From the NCBI RefSeq assembly GCF_009914755.1, contig NC_060942.1: a DNA stretch of 64,000 bases; one strand, given 5' to 3'. Shown here piece by piece: positions 1-16,223 of the stretch. Origin of the DNA: the human T2T-CHM13v2.0 reference genome, Homo sapiens. The position numbers were made by a program, and so were the translations under genes. The first letter of the stretch is position 1, and each line of letters opens with the position of its first letter. Under the pieces are notes generated by a model. That model did not search any database and was not told the DNA's origin. It saw only the letters and a program-made list of their open reading frames with translations.

Positions 1-253
1 GGATCACGAGGTCAGGAGTTTGAGACCAGCCTGACCAACATGGTGAAACCCTGTTTCTACTAAAAATACAAAAAATTAGCTGGGTGTGGTGGTGCGTACC
101 TGTAATCCCAGCTACTCAGGAGGCTGAAGCAGGAGAATCGCTTGAACCCAGGAGTTGGAGGTTGCAGTGAGCCGAGATCGTATCACTGCACTCCAGCCTG
201 GGTGACAGAGCGAGACTCCATCTCAAAAGTAAATTAAATAAATAAATAAATAA
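1..253 (+). mobile_element. Alu (AluS-type), 5' part outside the window
   Basis: GGATCACGAGGTCAGGAGTTTGAGACCAGCC, A-rich linker, right monomer and (TAAA)n tail. Confidence 0.95.
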
Positions 254-559
254 GATCTCTGGAAAAATATATTTGAAACAATACACTTAATAATAGTGGT
301 AAGAGGTGAGGTGGAAAATAAGCATCAGGAAATCCATTATCTTATTTCCTGAAGAAAGGAATGGGGGGAGGCTTTTCTCTTGTCCCCACTTATAATTTTT
401 TATGTTTATGTTTGGACCTTGTGAATATTTTCAGTAGGCACAAATTAAATAATTTTTAAAATAAAAGAAAAAAGGTGACTAACATATACGCATCACCTGT
501 AAGGGGACCAGGATTTGTTGGATGAATTAGGTCCTTGATAATTCTGGCATATTTTGTGG

Positions 560-1295
<736 letters not shown>

Positions 1296-4200
1296 GTTGG
1301 TCCTAGAATTTTAGTGGTGAAGTGGTAATTTCTGGTGTGCCATAGCATCGTCATATGGAGACTTCCCCTGTGGAATGGGATAGAGATTCAAGGGGACAAA
1401 CTGGGCTTGTGAAATATCTCTAGCATTTTGAGAGATAAAGGGGCAATGATAATTGTACAGATTGTGGAGTTGATTGTTGCTAAGATTAAATGAAGGACTG
1501 AGGGAAGCTTTGGGTCACCAACTGTTATCTCAAGGCATGGTGAAATCCAGAAAGTCTCTGTGGCAGTGTTTAGAGGGATTCTTGTCTGCAGTTGGAAAAT
1601 AGCTTGTGCCACAAAATCAACCAAGGATCTGATGTTACAAGTAGTAGCATTACACAGAAGGCTAAATTAATGGCCTTCTACAGTCAAACAAGAACTCTGA
1701 TAAGAAAGGATTGGGACCTTGAGACCTGGGTTGAGGAAATTAAGGGATGCACTTGAGCACTCTGTACCCCAGTGTCATTGAATCCACAGGGCTAGGAGAA
1801 GTGGCACACTGCCCCTTGCTGGAAAGCAATAGCATCCTCTCGTGTGAAGAGCTTGCAAAGCCCTCACCTTACACAGATAGCTCTCAAGGTGATATTAATC
1901 TCCCTCAAGATCTGCTCCCACCTCTCCTTGTTGTTTCTGAACTAATAACTAGGGCTGCATCACAGCATGGTCTACTATGGGAAAAAATATACTATTTACC
2001 CAAAGAGCCACAGGATCTGGTTAAAAGGTACCAGGATGAACCAGGAGAACATGCCTGGGAAGGGATTGTGAAGATGTTGGCTGAAGTGGGGAATGGAATG
2101 TAAGACTGGTTAAAAGAGAGTTTATTGCCATGGGGCACTCTCCTGGGACTGAGGATTTAATATTCTGACAAGGATGTCTGTACTGCTGAGATGTCTTCGC
2201 ACAACTTTGAAAAAACATTGGCAAACCACAAATTAAGTGCCGATGCCAGAACTTCCTTAGCAGAGTATTGAGGATTGGTCAAAAAGCTAAGAGAGCTGAT
2301 CACGCTAAAGCAAATACAATTTAGAATAGATACTATTTTCACCAATTGCCCATATATATTTGGAGGGCCCAGAGAACACTCCTTTCTCTAAAGCAGTAGA
2401 GACTTCACTACTGAGGGGGCATTAGCATCACTGAGAATTTCAATGGTGTCTGCTCTCTGTGTGGAGGATGCCCAGCAAAATACAGGATACAATATTTGGG
2501 ATATTCTTATGTTAAAAATATTACTCGTTATCTGAAATTCAAATTTAACAGAATGTGTGTGTGTGTGTGTGTGTGTGTGCTAAAATGTTTTTTTTTTTAT
2601 AAACCAGATGATTTGTATCATAGGCCAGTGTTGATGACAGGAAATGCCACTATAAAATGGGCTCCATAGTGTCACAGAAGATGGAATGATTTCAAAACAA
2701 TAGAGATGGGTAGTTGCCCCTCATCATCGGAGGAAAAACGAATGAAATTCTGTTAAAGGACAACAGAGCTGGATTAGCAGCCAGGCTCTGAGTAGCAAGG
2801 ATCTTTAGCAATGGCTAATAGACCATGGTATTCCTCGGAGCAACATAAATGGGCAGCTAATGAGAGTTCCGTTTAACTATGATATCCAGAAAGGATCAAG
2901 AGTGGGTTATTTCAGCTCCTGCAACTGAAATTTTTGACTTCTTTCCCAGTTTCTAGATCTAGCCAATTCTTATATCAAGAGCCCATTAATCTAAAGGGAG
3001 GCCAGATTCTTTTAGGGAAAACTCTGAATTATCAGAGCAAGCATCAGGAAACATTCCCCCAACTCTTCCTCAAAGGGACCTGCTATGATATCCAGAGTAC
3101 CTGAACACAAGTAAAAGGAAATACCCAAATCCTTTTAGGACTCCTAGACATAGCACTTGAATGAAACGGATACCAGACAACCCAAAACACCATCATGGCT
3201 CCCACAGCAGGGAGGTGAGTATGGAGTCCTACAGAAACCAGGGGGAAGATGGATTCCTGGACTGAGTCTGTCTCACAGTGGGTTTAATACACCCACACAG
3301 CACCTGGATCATTTCTCTAGACTGGGAGTGTGTAATTGGATTAGATATGCTTAGCAGGTGGCAGAAACCTCAACTTGAGCATCTGATCTGTGGAGTAAGA
3401 GCTATAAAGACAGGAAAGGCCAAGTAGAAACCACTGAAACTGCCACCTCCCTTCTGGCCAGGAAAGGACATCAGAAACAAACCTACCCACTGGGAGAAAA
3501 AGTCGAGATTAGAGCCATCCTCAAAACTTATTAGCCATCCTCATAAGGTCCTTGTTGAATTCATCAGCCTCCTGTGGTGCCTCATGGTGAATGACAAAAG
3601 ACTACTGTGAATTTAACCAAGTGTTAGCCCCAACCTCAACCATAGTGACAGATAGGCTCTTTTTTATAGAAAAAGCATGCTACTTCTGATCTGGTAATTG
3701 GGTTTTTTTCAATCCCCACCAAGAAGGAGAACTGGAAGTTTGTATTCACTTAGAATTGACACTAGTACACATTAAAAGTCTCATCCCAGGGCTATGTTGA
3801 CTCTTCCGCTCTCTTTCACAGTACAGTCCAAAGAAAACTTCATCGTCCGAATGTTAAAGCATCGCACTGCTTCACGCATTGATGACATCATGTTAATTTC
3901 ACCTGAGAAGCAGAAATGGACAAGTAACACGTGCGTCCTTATAAGAAACATTCACGCCTGAATTTAGAAGGAAAACCCTTCAGATATAAGAGGCGGGCTA
4001 CAGAGTGAAGTTTTTGAAGAGGTCTAGTTTATTCAGATTCCCAGGGCAAGTGTTACATCTTGCACCTCCTAAGAAGGAGGCACAGTAAATTTAGTAGACC
4101 GCTTCCAATTTTGGAGACAGCACATACTGCACTTGGTGCCAAGTTGATTACATAGTGCCCTCGTCATCCTGTAGGGCAGCAATTCATGCTTCTTTGGACT

Positions 4201-4450
4201 GATACATGTTCTGGATATAAGTTTGTCTTTCCTCTCTACAGTGCATCATCCTGCACTGCTTTCTGAGAGCTCACAGAATCATGGTGCATTACCACGGGAT
4301 CACACATAATGCTGCTTGGATGAATGAACCCACTTTATGAGGGAGGAGGTGTGACAAAGAGCACATAATCATGGGATCCAGCAATCTTTCCTATACACCA
4401 CATCAACCACTAACATAGCCAGAGAGAAAATCCGAATGGCCTCCTCAAAG
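1296..4450 (+). mobile_element. Degenerate HERV16/ERVL internal region (gag-pro-pol remnants)
   Basis: ORF 1747-2103 has the ERVL gag MHR-like YQDEPGEHAWE motif; RT-like CATTGATGACATCATG (IDDIM) near 3877; many stops and deletions. Confidence 0.75.
2468..2610. mobile_element. MER53 (hAT) fragment with internal deletion plus (TG)n
   Basis: AAAATACAGGA...CAATATTTGGGATATTCTTATG...TTATCTGAAATTCAAATTTAAC resembles the MER53 arms. Confidence 0.65.
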
Positions 4451-4451
4451 T

Positions 4452-4580
4452 ACTACTTCCCTTTCCCTGCCTCTCTTGCCCACTTCCCTTCCAGTATGTC
4501 CTGGATCACCTCCCAGATAAATTATTCACCCTAGACTCCTTCAGTGAGGGCTTGCTTCTGGGGCAACCAAACTAAATCAC
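4452..4580 (+). mobile_element. LTR16-type 3' LTR remnant
   Basis: CACCTCCCAGATAAATTATT...TGCTTCTGGGGCAACCAAACTAAATCA parallels the end of the 5' LTR at 1215-1295. Confidence 0.65.
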
Positions 4581-4889
4581 AGTGTAATAACTGCATGGGT
4601 TCTTGTCAGTTTGTTAACATCAATTCTTTCTCTTCTAAGCATGCGTGCCTTGTTCCACTCCATTTACTAGGCTAGAATAGCAAAACATTTGTCTGCAGCC
4701 AGCATACATCTACATTTCCCATAGACACCAATTCTTATAATCAGGACACAGAATTTACTAAATTTATGTCAGACTCTGAACTTCACTTTCATTGGGTCTA
4801 GCCTAATTTATTTTTAGTGCTTTAAGCCCATGCTTACTTCCACAGGAAAAAGCACACTGTAGTAAATTAGGCAGGTTTTATAGGGGGAT

Positions 4890-5105
4890 ATAGATAGTCT
4901 TGGGTTTGAGTCTTACTAACTTATTTTATGGTAATGAAGGGTGAGTATCATACACTCAGAGCTGAGTTGAGTATCATAAACTCTGAACCAAGTTTCATTC
5001 TCTGTACTCTGAGAATATAATATGTATTTTGCAAGTCTTTTTGGAATGTTACTCAAAACAAGTTCTTTCATGCCCAGCACATACTGTATCCCTAATGAAA
5101 GCTAA
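4890..5105 (+). mobile_element. MIR, degenerate
   Basis: CTTGGGTTTGAGTC...CTGAACCAAGTTTCATTCTCTGTA MIR-core-like. Confidence 0.5.
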
Positions 5106-5119
5106 TTTTTCTCTTACTG

Positions 5120-5173
5120 TTCACCCTAGCTCCGTGTGTAAACACTTTCACCCTAACTCTGTGTGTAAACACC
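5120..5173. repeat. 27-bp tandem duplication
   Basis: TTCACCCTAGCTCCGTGTGTAAACACT / TTCACCCTAACTCTGTGTGTAAACACC. Confidence 0.9.
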
Positions 5174-5200
5174 TTCTTCTAATTTTCAAAACATTTATAA

Positions 5201-5814
5201 TTTAGGGAAAACTCTGACTCAACACAGCAGTCACCTGAAAATATTTCCCAAACTCTTCCTCAAAGGGAGCTGCTACCATATTCAGAGTACCTGAACACAG
5301 GTAAAAGGAAATACCCAAAACCTTTTAAAACTGTTAGATATAACATCAATTTTTCTATTTTCATACTGCTATAAAGAACTGCCTGAGACTGGGTAATTTA
5401 TAAAAGAAAGAGGTTTAATTGACTCACGGTTCAGCATGGCTGGGAGGCCTCAGGAAACTTAGAATCATGGTGGAACAGGAAGAGGAAGCAAGGCACTTTC
5501 TTCACAAGGCAGCAGGAAGGAAAAGTGCCAAGTGAAGATGGAAGAGCCCCTTATAAAACCATCAGATCTCATGAGATCTCACTCAGTGTCATTAGAACAG
5601 CATGGGGGAAGCTGTTTCCATGATTCAATCACCTCCACCTGGTCTCCCCCTTGACACTTGGGGATTATGGGGATTACAATTCAAGATGAGATTTGGGTGG
5701 GGACACAAAGCCTAACCATATCATAGCATTTGAATGAAACTGATACCAGAGAACCCAAAACACCATCACAGCCCCCACTGAGGGCAGCTGGTTAGGGAGT
5801 CCTACAGAAACCAG
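5201..5814 (+). repeat. Direct copy of the HERV16-internal segment 3011-3241, split by a THE1 LTR
   Basis: TTTAGGGAAAACTCTGA...CAGAGTACCTGAACAC.GTAAAAGGAAATACCCAAA...GGAGTCCTACAGAAACCAG occurs at both sites. Confidence 0.9.
5346..5723 (-). mobile_element. THE1 (THE1D-like) MaLR solo LTR
   Basis: Ends GGGTGGGGACACAAAGCCTAACCATATCA (reverse complement of TGATATGGTTAGGC); 5-bp TSD TAACA/TAGCA. Confidence 0.9.
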
Positions 5815-6251
5815 ATAGGAGGAATAAGTTCTAGTGTTCTGTACCACTGCATTCTGAAGAATGGAAATTATGAAGATTAATGGAGATAAAGTAAGTAGAG
5901 TGCTTAATATACAATAAGTGCTCAATAAATGTTTGTCCCTTTCTCATGTAGCATTATTTCTATCTGCTTTAAATTGTCAGACTTTCAAAAAGAACTTTAA
6001 TCATTACTGGAGAGGAGAAAAGCATATTCTTTAATCAGACTTACTTCTAGCTATTTATTTTCTAGAGCAGCAATTTTTACACATAATAGTTTGACCTTTA
6101 TTACAGATTTATCTTATCACCTGGGTTGGTGCGATAAATACAGTTTCTATCTGTTCACCCCAAAAGCATCAGCTAGGGAGGTTATTGCCCCCACAAGACA
6201 GGCAATCTCATTTTTGTGCATTTCTGTTAGAAAGATGAGAGTAAAAAAAGG

Positions 6252-6556
6252 GGCCAGGCACAGTGGTTCACACCTGTAATCCCAGCACTTTGGGAGGTCG
6301 AGGCGGGCAGATCACGAGGTCAGGAGTTCAAGACCAGCCTGGCCAATATTGTGAAACCCCATCTCTACTAAAAATACAAAACTTAGCCGGGCATGGTGGC
6401 GTGTGCCTGTAGTCCCAGCTACTCGGGAGGCTAAGGCAGAAATCGCTTAAACCCGGGAGGTGGAGGTAGCAGTGAGCCGAGATTGTGCCACTGCACTCCA
6501 GCCTGGGTGACAGAGCAAGACTCTACCTCAAAAAAAAAAAAAAAAAAAAAAAAAAA
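6252..6556 (+). mobile_element. Alu (AluS-type)
   Basis: Full-length dimer with long poly(A). Confidence 0.95.
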
Positions 6557-6887
6557 GTGAGTAGGTGTGAAGACCAGAGTAAAGGCATAGCCAATCAGGA
6601 CAAGTTTCCTCAGACAGCAATTTTTTTCTGGCACTCTGCCCTTCAGGAGACTGGCCTGGGCTCCAGAATTTCTAAATGGGATGGACCAGTGGCTTACCAA
6701 GGTCAGAACAATGGGTACAGTCTACATACCTTCTGGGAATAAGAAGGTTCAATGGCTATAGAGAATTTAAAAATAGTAATAAAACTGACCAAAAGTTAAC
6801 CTGCTTTGTTTTATCCTACATAGTAGCATTTCTAAACAATGTTAGTGTTAAAAAAAACCTAGAAGACATTAAGTTCAGATAAAAACG

Positions 6888-7625
<738 letters not shown>

Positions 7626-7912
7626 ATGTAAGACAACTAAAAAAGCTTCTCTGAAAACAATGTCATTGGTCTACTAAGTCATTACTGTGGGTATTGTTGA
7701 TGTTTTTGTATTTATTATTTAATATACATTGTATTTGGCATGAAAATGGATTCACTCAACTCTTGTCCCCATCCCCTGGATATGTAGACTCAGCTACATG
7801 CATTTAGTTCAGAATCATCTGAGCTTGTGTCAAGAGAAATTTCCATCTCCAGTCCTGGTGGTATGTTATAGATTCCTGCATTTAAATAGTAGATTTGAAA
7901 TAAACATTTTAG

Positions 7913-8264
<352 letters not shown>

Positions 8265-8712
8265 TTAAATTCTGTAGTTCTATGTGACCATTCATGTTTA
8301 AAACGTAAAACGGTGACAGAATGAATGAACATTGTAAAGTGTATTAGTTTGGTAAGTATGAATTTTTGTCCATATGAGAAATGTGTTCGTGCTACTTCAT
8401 GATTATTACTGAAAATAACTTCGTTGTATAGAAAAAAGGGGCATTATAATGTGACCTGCTTTGAGCTATGTAGCTACACAGGCTCCTGAATGAAATTAGG
8501 GTCAAAGTCTGGTGAGGAGATGGGGTTAAGGCCTTTGTCTCCAATCCACATTTGCATAAGAGTTTCTATATTTTTATATTTTTAAGTTTTTTAAAAATAG
8601 ATTTTGGGGGAACTGGTGGTGTTTGATTATATGAGTAAGTTCTTCAGTGGCGATTTCTGAGATTTTTGGTGCACCTATCACCTGAGTAGTGTACACTGTA
8701 CATATTGTGTAG

Positions 8713-9116
<404 letters not shown>

Positions 9117-9492
9117 TAGCTCCAACTTATGAATGAGAACATACAATGTTTGATTTTCCATTCCTCAGTTGCTTCACTTATAATAATGGTCTCCAATTCC
9201 ACTCAGATTGCTGGGAATGCCATTATTTCATTTATTTTTATGGCTGAGTAGCATTCCATGGTATATATACACCACATTTTCTTTATCCACTTTTTTATTG
9301 ATGGGCATTTGGGCTGGTTCCACATTTTTGCAGTTGTGAATTGTGCTGCTGTAAACACGAGTGTGCAAGTATCTTTTTCACATAACGATTCTTTTTTCCT
9401 CTGGGTAGATACCCAGGAGTGGGATTGGTGGATCAAAAGGTAGATCTACTTTCAGTTCTTTAAGGAATCTCCACACTGTTTTCCATAGTGGT

Positions 9493-9890
9493 TATGACAG
9501 TTAATACTGAATGTCAACTTGATTGGATCGAAGGATGCAAAGTATTGATCCAGAGTGTGTCTGTGAGGGTGTTGCCAAAGGAGAGAGTTTAACATTTGAG
9601 TCAGTGGGCTGGGAAAGGCAGACCCACTCTTAATCGGTGTAGGCACAATCTAATCAGCTGCCAGCGTGGGCAGAATAAAAAGCAGACAGAAGAACATGAA
9701 AAGACTAAGACTGGCTTAGCCTTCCAGCCTACATCTTTCCCCTGTGCTGGATGTTTCCTGCCCTTGAATGTCAAACTCCAAGTTCTTCAGCTTTGGGACA
9801 TATACTTCCTTCCTTGCTCCTCAGCTCGCAGATGGCCTATTGTGGGATCTTGTGATTGTGTGAGTTAATACTCCTTAATCAACTCCCCTT

Positions 9891-9952
<62 letters not shown>

Positions 9953-9991
9953 CTACTAGGTCTGTCCCTCTAGAGCACCCTGACCAATACA
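9493..9991 (+). mobile_element. MLT2A (HERV-L) 5' LTR with internal (TA)n
   Basis: GTTAATACTGAATGTCAACTTGATTGGAT start; CTAGAGCACCCTGACCAATACA end; followed by GATTTTGGTACCAGGAGTGG. Confidence 0.9.
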
Positions 9992-11461
9992 GATTTTGGT
10001 ACCAGGAGTGGTTCTAGATGAACCACTCCATTAAGGATGGAGTTCTTTTGTTGGTTTTGGGGTTTCTGGAGTTGGCTGCTTAATATGACTGGACCACAAA
10101 ATGCTAAGGACTCTACTTCTAATAGTATGAAGAACACTGATAGTCCTTGGCATGAACTGTTTAGAGAGTTATGCAAAATAAATGCATTTGACACTTCTGA
10201 TTCACCGCTTGTGAGAGGCCAGGAGTTTAGTGACTCTATACATACTAAATTTGACTATATGTGGAGAATCAAGGAACATAGTGTAGTTGGTTTGTTTCTT
10301 CTAAGTTCACTGGATGAAGTGATGAAAGAAAATGATGAACTCAAGGATTCTAACTCCCAGCTTCAGGAGCAGATACTGAGCCTCAAATCTGCTAAGATCA
10401 CCCTGAGTGAGAGTCATCTCTTGTAGAGAAAAAGATGAAATTGTGCAAAATCAGACACAGGATCTTCTCATGTGAGTGGCTGACCTGCAACCAAAGGTGC
10501 ATGCACAGCCTCGCCAGGTGTCTACTGTTAAAGTGAGGGCATTGATTGGAAAAGAATGGAACCCTGCAATTTGGAATAGGGACAAGTAGGAGGACCCTAT
10601 TGAAGCTGGGGACACTGAGCTTGTAAACTCTGATGAAACTTTCTTACCAGAAGAAACAGCTTCCCCATCCCCAGTAGTGGCAACATCCCTTCCCTGACCC
10701 ACACTGCCATCAGCCATTCCACCTTTGTCTGAGGAGATAAACCCTGCGCTGCCTAAGACAACAGTGATGGCCTCCCTTGAGGCAGCTCCAGACAAGATAA
10801 TGATTATTCTCCTCAGGAGCCACCCCCAACACCCCTGTTTGCTTCTAGACTTATAACTAGACCAAAGTACCAGCAGACCCCTAGAGGTGAAGTTCAGAAT
10901 GTGACCTATGAGGAGGTGCACTACACTCAAAAAGAACTGCTTGAGTTTTCTAATTTATATAAGCAGAAATCTGGAGAACAGGCATGGGAATGGATATTAA
11001 GGATGTCAGATGATAGTGGAAGGAACATAGAGTTGGATAAGGCTGAATTTATTTATCTGGACCCAGTAAACAACGATTCTGCTTTTAATGTTGCAACTCA
11101 GGGAGTTAAAAAATGTTCTAATAGTTTATTTGCTTGCTTAGCTGAAACATGGATCAAAAGGTGGCCCACTGTGAGTGAGCTGGAAATACCTGATCTCCCT
11201 TGGTTTAGTGTAGAGGAAGGGATCCAAAGGCTTAGGGAGATTGAAATGCTAGAATAGATTAGTTACCTTAGGCCTACTCATCCCAACTGATAAGGTCCAG
11301 AAGACATACCTTTCAACAATACCTTGCAAAATAGATTTGTGAGGGGGGCACCTACATCCTTGAAGAGCTCTGTGATTGATCTTCTCTTTACGCCAGATTT
11401 AACAGCGGAAACTGCAGTCACTCAACTACAAAATTTAAATGCAATGAGAACAATTGGATCC
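9992..11461 (+). pseudogene. HERV-L gag remnant (Fv1-related), truncated
   Basis: ORFs 10037-10426 (DSPWHELFRELCKINAFD) and 10901-11257 (KQKSGEQAWEWILR, MHR-like), separated by stops and frameshifts. Confidence 0.88.
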
Positions 11462-14400
11462 AGATTCCATTGTTGAACCAACAATCATTCAGGAGCATGT
11501 TATTTAATTTCCATATATTTGCATAGTTTTGAGGGTTTTTTGTTGTTGTTGTTGATTTCCAATTTTATTTCCCTGTGATCTGAGAGAGTACTTGCTGTAA
11601 TTTTTATTTTCTCAAATTTGTTGAGGCTTGTTTTGTGGCCTGTCATATGGTCTATCTTGGAGAAAGTTCCATGTGCTAATGAATAGAACGTATGTTCTGC
11701 AGTTGTTCAGTTGTTGGGTAGAATGTTCTGTAGATATGTGTTAAATCCATTTGTTCTAGGGTATAGTACAAGTCCATTGTTTGTTGACTTTCTGTCTTGA
11801 TGACCTGTCTAGTGCTGTCAGTGGAGTGTTGAAGTTCCCCAATATTATTGTGTTGCCATATATCTCATTTCTTAGCTCTAGCAGTAATTGCTTTATAAAA
11901 TTTGAGAGCCCCAGTGTTTGGTGCATATATATTTAGGATTGTGATATTTTCCTGTTTGACTAGTCCTTTTATCATTATATAATGTTCCTCTTTGTCTTTT
12001 TTAACTGCTGCTGCTTTAAAGTTTGCTTTGTCTAATATAAGAATAGCTACTCCTGCTTGCTTTTGGTGTCCATTTACATGGAATATCTTTTTTCACCCCT
12101 TTACATTAAGTTTATGTGAGTCCTTATGTGTCAGGTGAGTCGTCCCTTGAAGATGGCAGATGCTTGGTTAGTGAGTCCATTCTGCAATTCTGTATCTTTT
12201 AAGTGGAACATTTGGGGCATTTATATTCATCGTTAGTATTGAGATGTGAGGTACTATTTTATTCATTGTGTTATTTCTTGCCTGAATACCTTTTTTTTTG
12301 GCATTGTGTTATTGTTTTGTTGGTCTTGTGAGATTTATGCTTTAAGGATATTCTATTTTGGTGTATTTTGAGGACTTGTTTCAAGAGTTAGAGCTCCTTT
12401 TAGCAGTTCTTGTAGTGCTGGCTTGGTAGCACTTGTTTGTCTGAATAAAGACTGTATTTTTATTTATGAAGCTTAGTTTCACTGGGTACAAAATTTTTGG
12501 CTGATAATTGTTTTGTTTAAGGAGGTTAAAAATGGGAAGCAATCCCTTCTATCTTGTAGGGTTTCTACTGATAAATCTGCTGTTAATCGGATAGGGTTTC
12601 CTTTATAGGCTACCTGATGCTTTTGCCTCACAGCTGTTAAGATTCTTTCCTTCATCTTGACTTTAGATAACCTGATGTCTATGTGCCTAGGTGACGATCT
12701 TTTTGAAATGAAATTCCCCAGGTGTTATTTGAGCTTCTTGTATTTGGATGTCTAGATCTCTAGCAATCATGGGGACATTTTCCTCAATTATTCCCTCAAA
12801 TATGTGTTCCAAACTTTTAGATTTTTCTTCTTCCTTGGGAACACCAATTATTCTTGTGTTTGATTGTTTAACATAATCCCAAACTTCTTGGAGGTTATGT
12901 TCATTTTTTTAAGTTCTTTTTTCTTTGTCTTTATTAGATTGGGTTAATTCAGAAGGCTGGTCTTCAAGCTCTGAAGTTCTGTCTTCTATTTGTTCAATTC
13001 TATTGCTGAGGCTTTCCAGTGCATTTTGCATTTCTCCAAGTGTGTTCTTGATTTGCAGAGGTTGTGATTGTTTTTTTATCTATGCTATCTATTTCACTGG
13101 AGATTTTTCCATTCCTATCCTGTATCATTTTTTTGATTTCTTTAAGTTGGACTTCACCTTTCTCTGGTGCCTTCTTGATTAGCTTAATAACCAACCTTCT
13201 GAATTCTTTTTTTGGCAATTCATATATTTCTTCTTGGTTTGGATTCATTGCTGGGGAGCTAGTGTGGTCTTTTGGAGGTGTCAAAGAACCTTGTTTTGTT
13301 ATATTACCAGAATTGTTTTTTTTATTCCTTTTTATTTGAGTACACTATGTCAGAGGGAAAATCTGGAACTAAAGGGTTGCTGTTCAGATTCTTTTGTCCC
13401 TGGGCTGCTCCCTTGATGTGTTGCTCTCCCCCTTGCCTAGGGATAGGGCTTCCTGAGAGCTGAACTGCAGTGATTGTTATTTCTCTTCTGGATCTAGCCA
13501 CTCAGCAGAGCTACTGGGTTCTGAGCTGGTACTGGGGAGTGCCTGCAAAGTGTCCTGTGATGTGATCTGTCTTCAGGTCTCTCAGCCACGGATACCAGCA
13601 CCTGCTCTGATGGAGGTAGCAGGGGAGTCAATTGGACTCTGGGAGGGTACTTGGTTGTATTTTTGTTGAATGCCCTGATTTTGTGTTGGTTGGCCTTCAG
13701 CCAGGAGGTGGAGCCTTCAAGAGTGCATCAGCTGCAGTAGTATATGGAGGATACAAGCTTTCCCTAGAGTTGCCTTTGGATAAGTATTCAGGATTCTCAG
13801 GTGGTGGGCAGGTCCATAGAGCTCCCAAGAGGTTATGTCCTTTGTCATTGGCTACCAGGGCAGGTAGAGAAAGACCATCAGGTGGGGGCAGGGTTAGGCA
13901 TGTCTGAGCTCAGACTCTCCTTGGGTGGGGCTTGCCGTGGCTGCTGTGGGGGATGGGATGTTGTTTCCAGTCCAGTTGAATTATGTTCCTGGGAAATTAT
14001 GGCTACCTCTGCTGTGTCACATAGGTTGCCAAGGAAGTGGGAGAAAGCCAGCAGCCACAAGCCTCACCCAGCTCCCATGGAGCCTGCAGCCTGCAGCTTG
14101 AAAGGCCAGCCTCATTCCCACTGTGCCCCCACAACAGCACCGAAGCACCGAGTTTATTTCCAGGCAGGCAGTGAGCAGGGCTGAGAAATTGCCCCAGGCT
14201 ACAAGCCTCCCAGCTGAGAAAGCAAGCAGACTCACAGTTCCTTGGCTGTCCCATGCAGCCTGCAGCAGCAATCCACCCCCTTTAAAGTGTCTGTGGATTC
14301 TTTCAGCTTTTTTGGTATGTTCCTATGGTAGTTCTTGGGGCAAAATTTCACAGTGTGAGTCTCCAAATGCTGCTTTGTCTGTTCAAGTGGGAACTGCAAG

Positions 14401-14556
14401 TTAGTCCTGCTTCCTATCTGCCATTTTTTCCCGGTCTGTCTACATTTTTATACAGTTCATCTTTTACATGCTAGTAAAAGTAATACTGTGCTTTAAAGTT
14501 TTTTTTGTTTGTTTGTTTGCTTGCTTGTTTGTTTTTAAATAGGAAGGAGAATCTGA

Positions 14557-15591
<1,035 letters not shown>

Positions 15592-15836
15592 AGAATCCAA
15601 TGGTTTTTAATATAAAAAATAATAACAACATGAAATAGCATCTACACGTAAGTCATCACCATAATAATTTCAATTTGGCATTAGTACGATGGCATAGATA
15701 TCAAAAGCACGTCACATTTACTTCGCCCTCAAAACAAACAAACAAACAAACAGGAAATAAGGCTCAGGTAACTAAAAAGTTAGAGAAGTGCTTCTCTTCT
15801 TGATGTGTAGGAAGCAAGAGCTTCACAGGTACATCT

Positions 15837-16223
15837 TTTAAGGTTCTTCCCCAGGCCTGAAAGCTTAAGGAGATGAATAACTCCTCCCTTCTCAGGCCTG
15901 GTACCAAGGTGCAAAGCTACTTGCAGCAGCAGCGTGCGCCAGCAAGATAGCAGAAGCAGGAAGAGAGCCAGCCGGAAGACATGTACCTCTGAAGATCAAG
16001 AAAGAGGCTATCCAGGTACAACGTAGCAGTTAGGTCAGACTAGGACACTTCCTGTTTACAGGAGACTATAAAACCTTTGCCCCATCCTCACTTGGTGCTG
16101 ATGCCATTTTAGGCCTCAGCCCGCCTGCACCCAGGCACTCATTAAAACAGCATGTTGCTCCATACCGCCTCGTGTTATTTGTTGGTGTGCTCTCGGGGTT
16201 CGAACCAATACAAGGACTTTACA
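15837..16223 (+). mobile_element. ERV1 solo LTR, probably MER48
   Basis: TATAAAA near 16067, ATTAAA near 16141, CAGCCCGCCTGCACCCAGG (HERV-H-like R region), ends TTACA; 5-bp TSD CATCT. Confidence 0.6.

Noticed and set aside
2468-2610. miR-1302-like MER53 hairpin
   Set aside because: Most of the left arm is deleted, so the palindrome is broken.
9893-9949. Long (TA)n tract
   Set aside because: Occurs at the usual microsatellite position of MLT2 LTRs; probably length-polymorphic but unremarkable.
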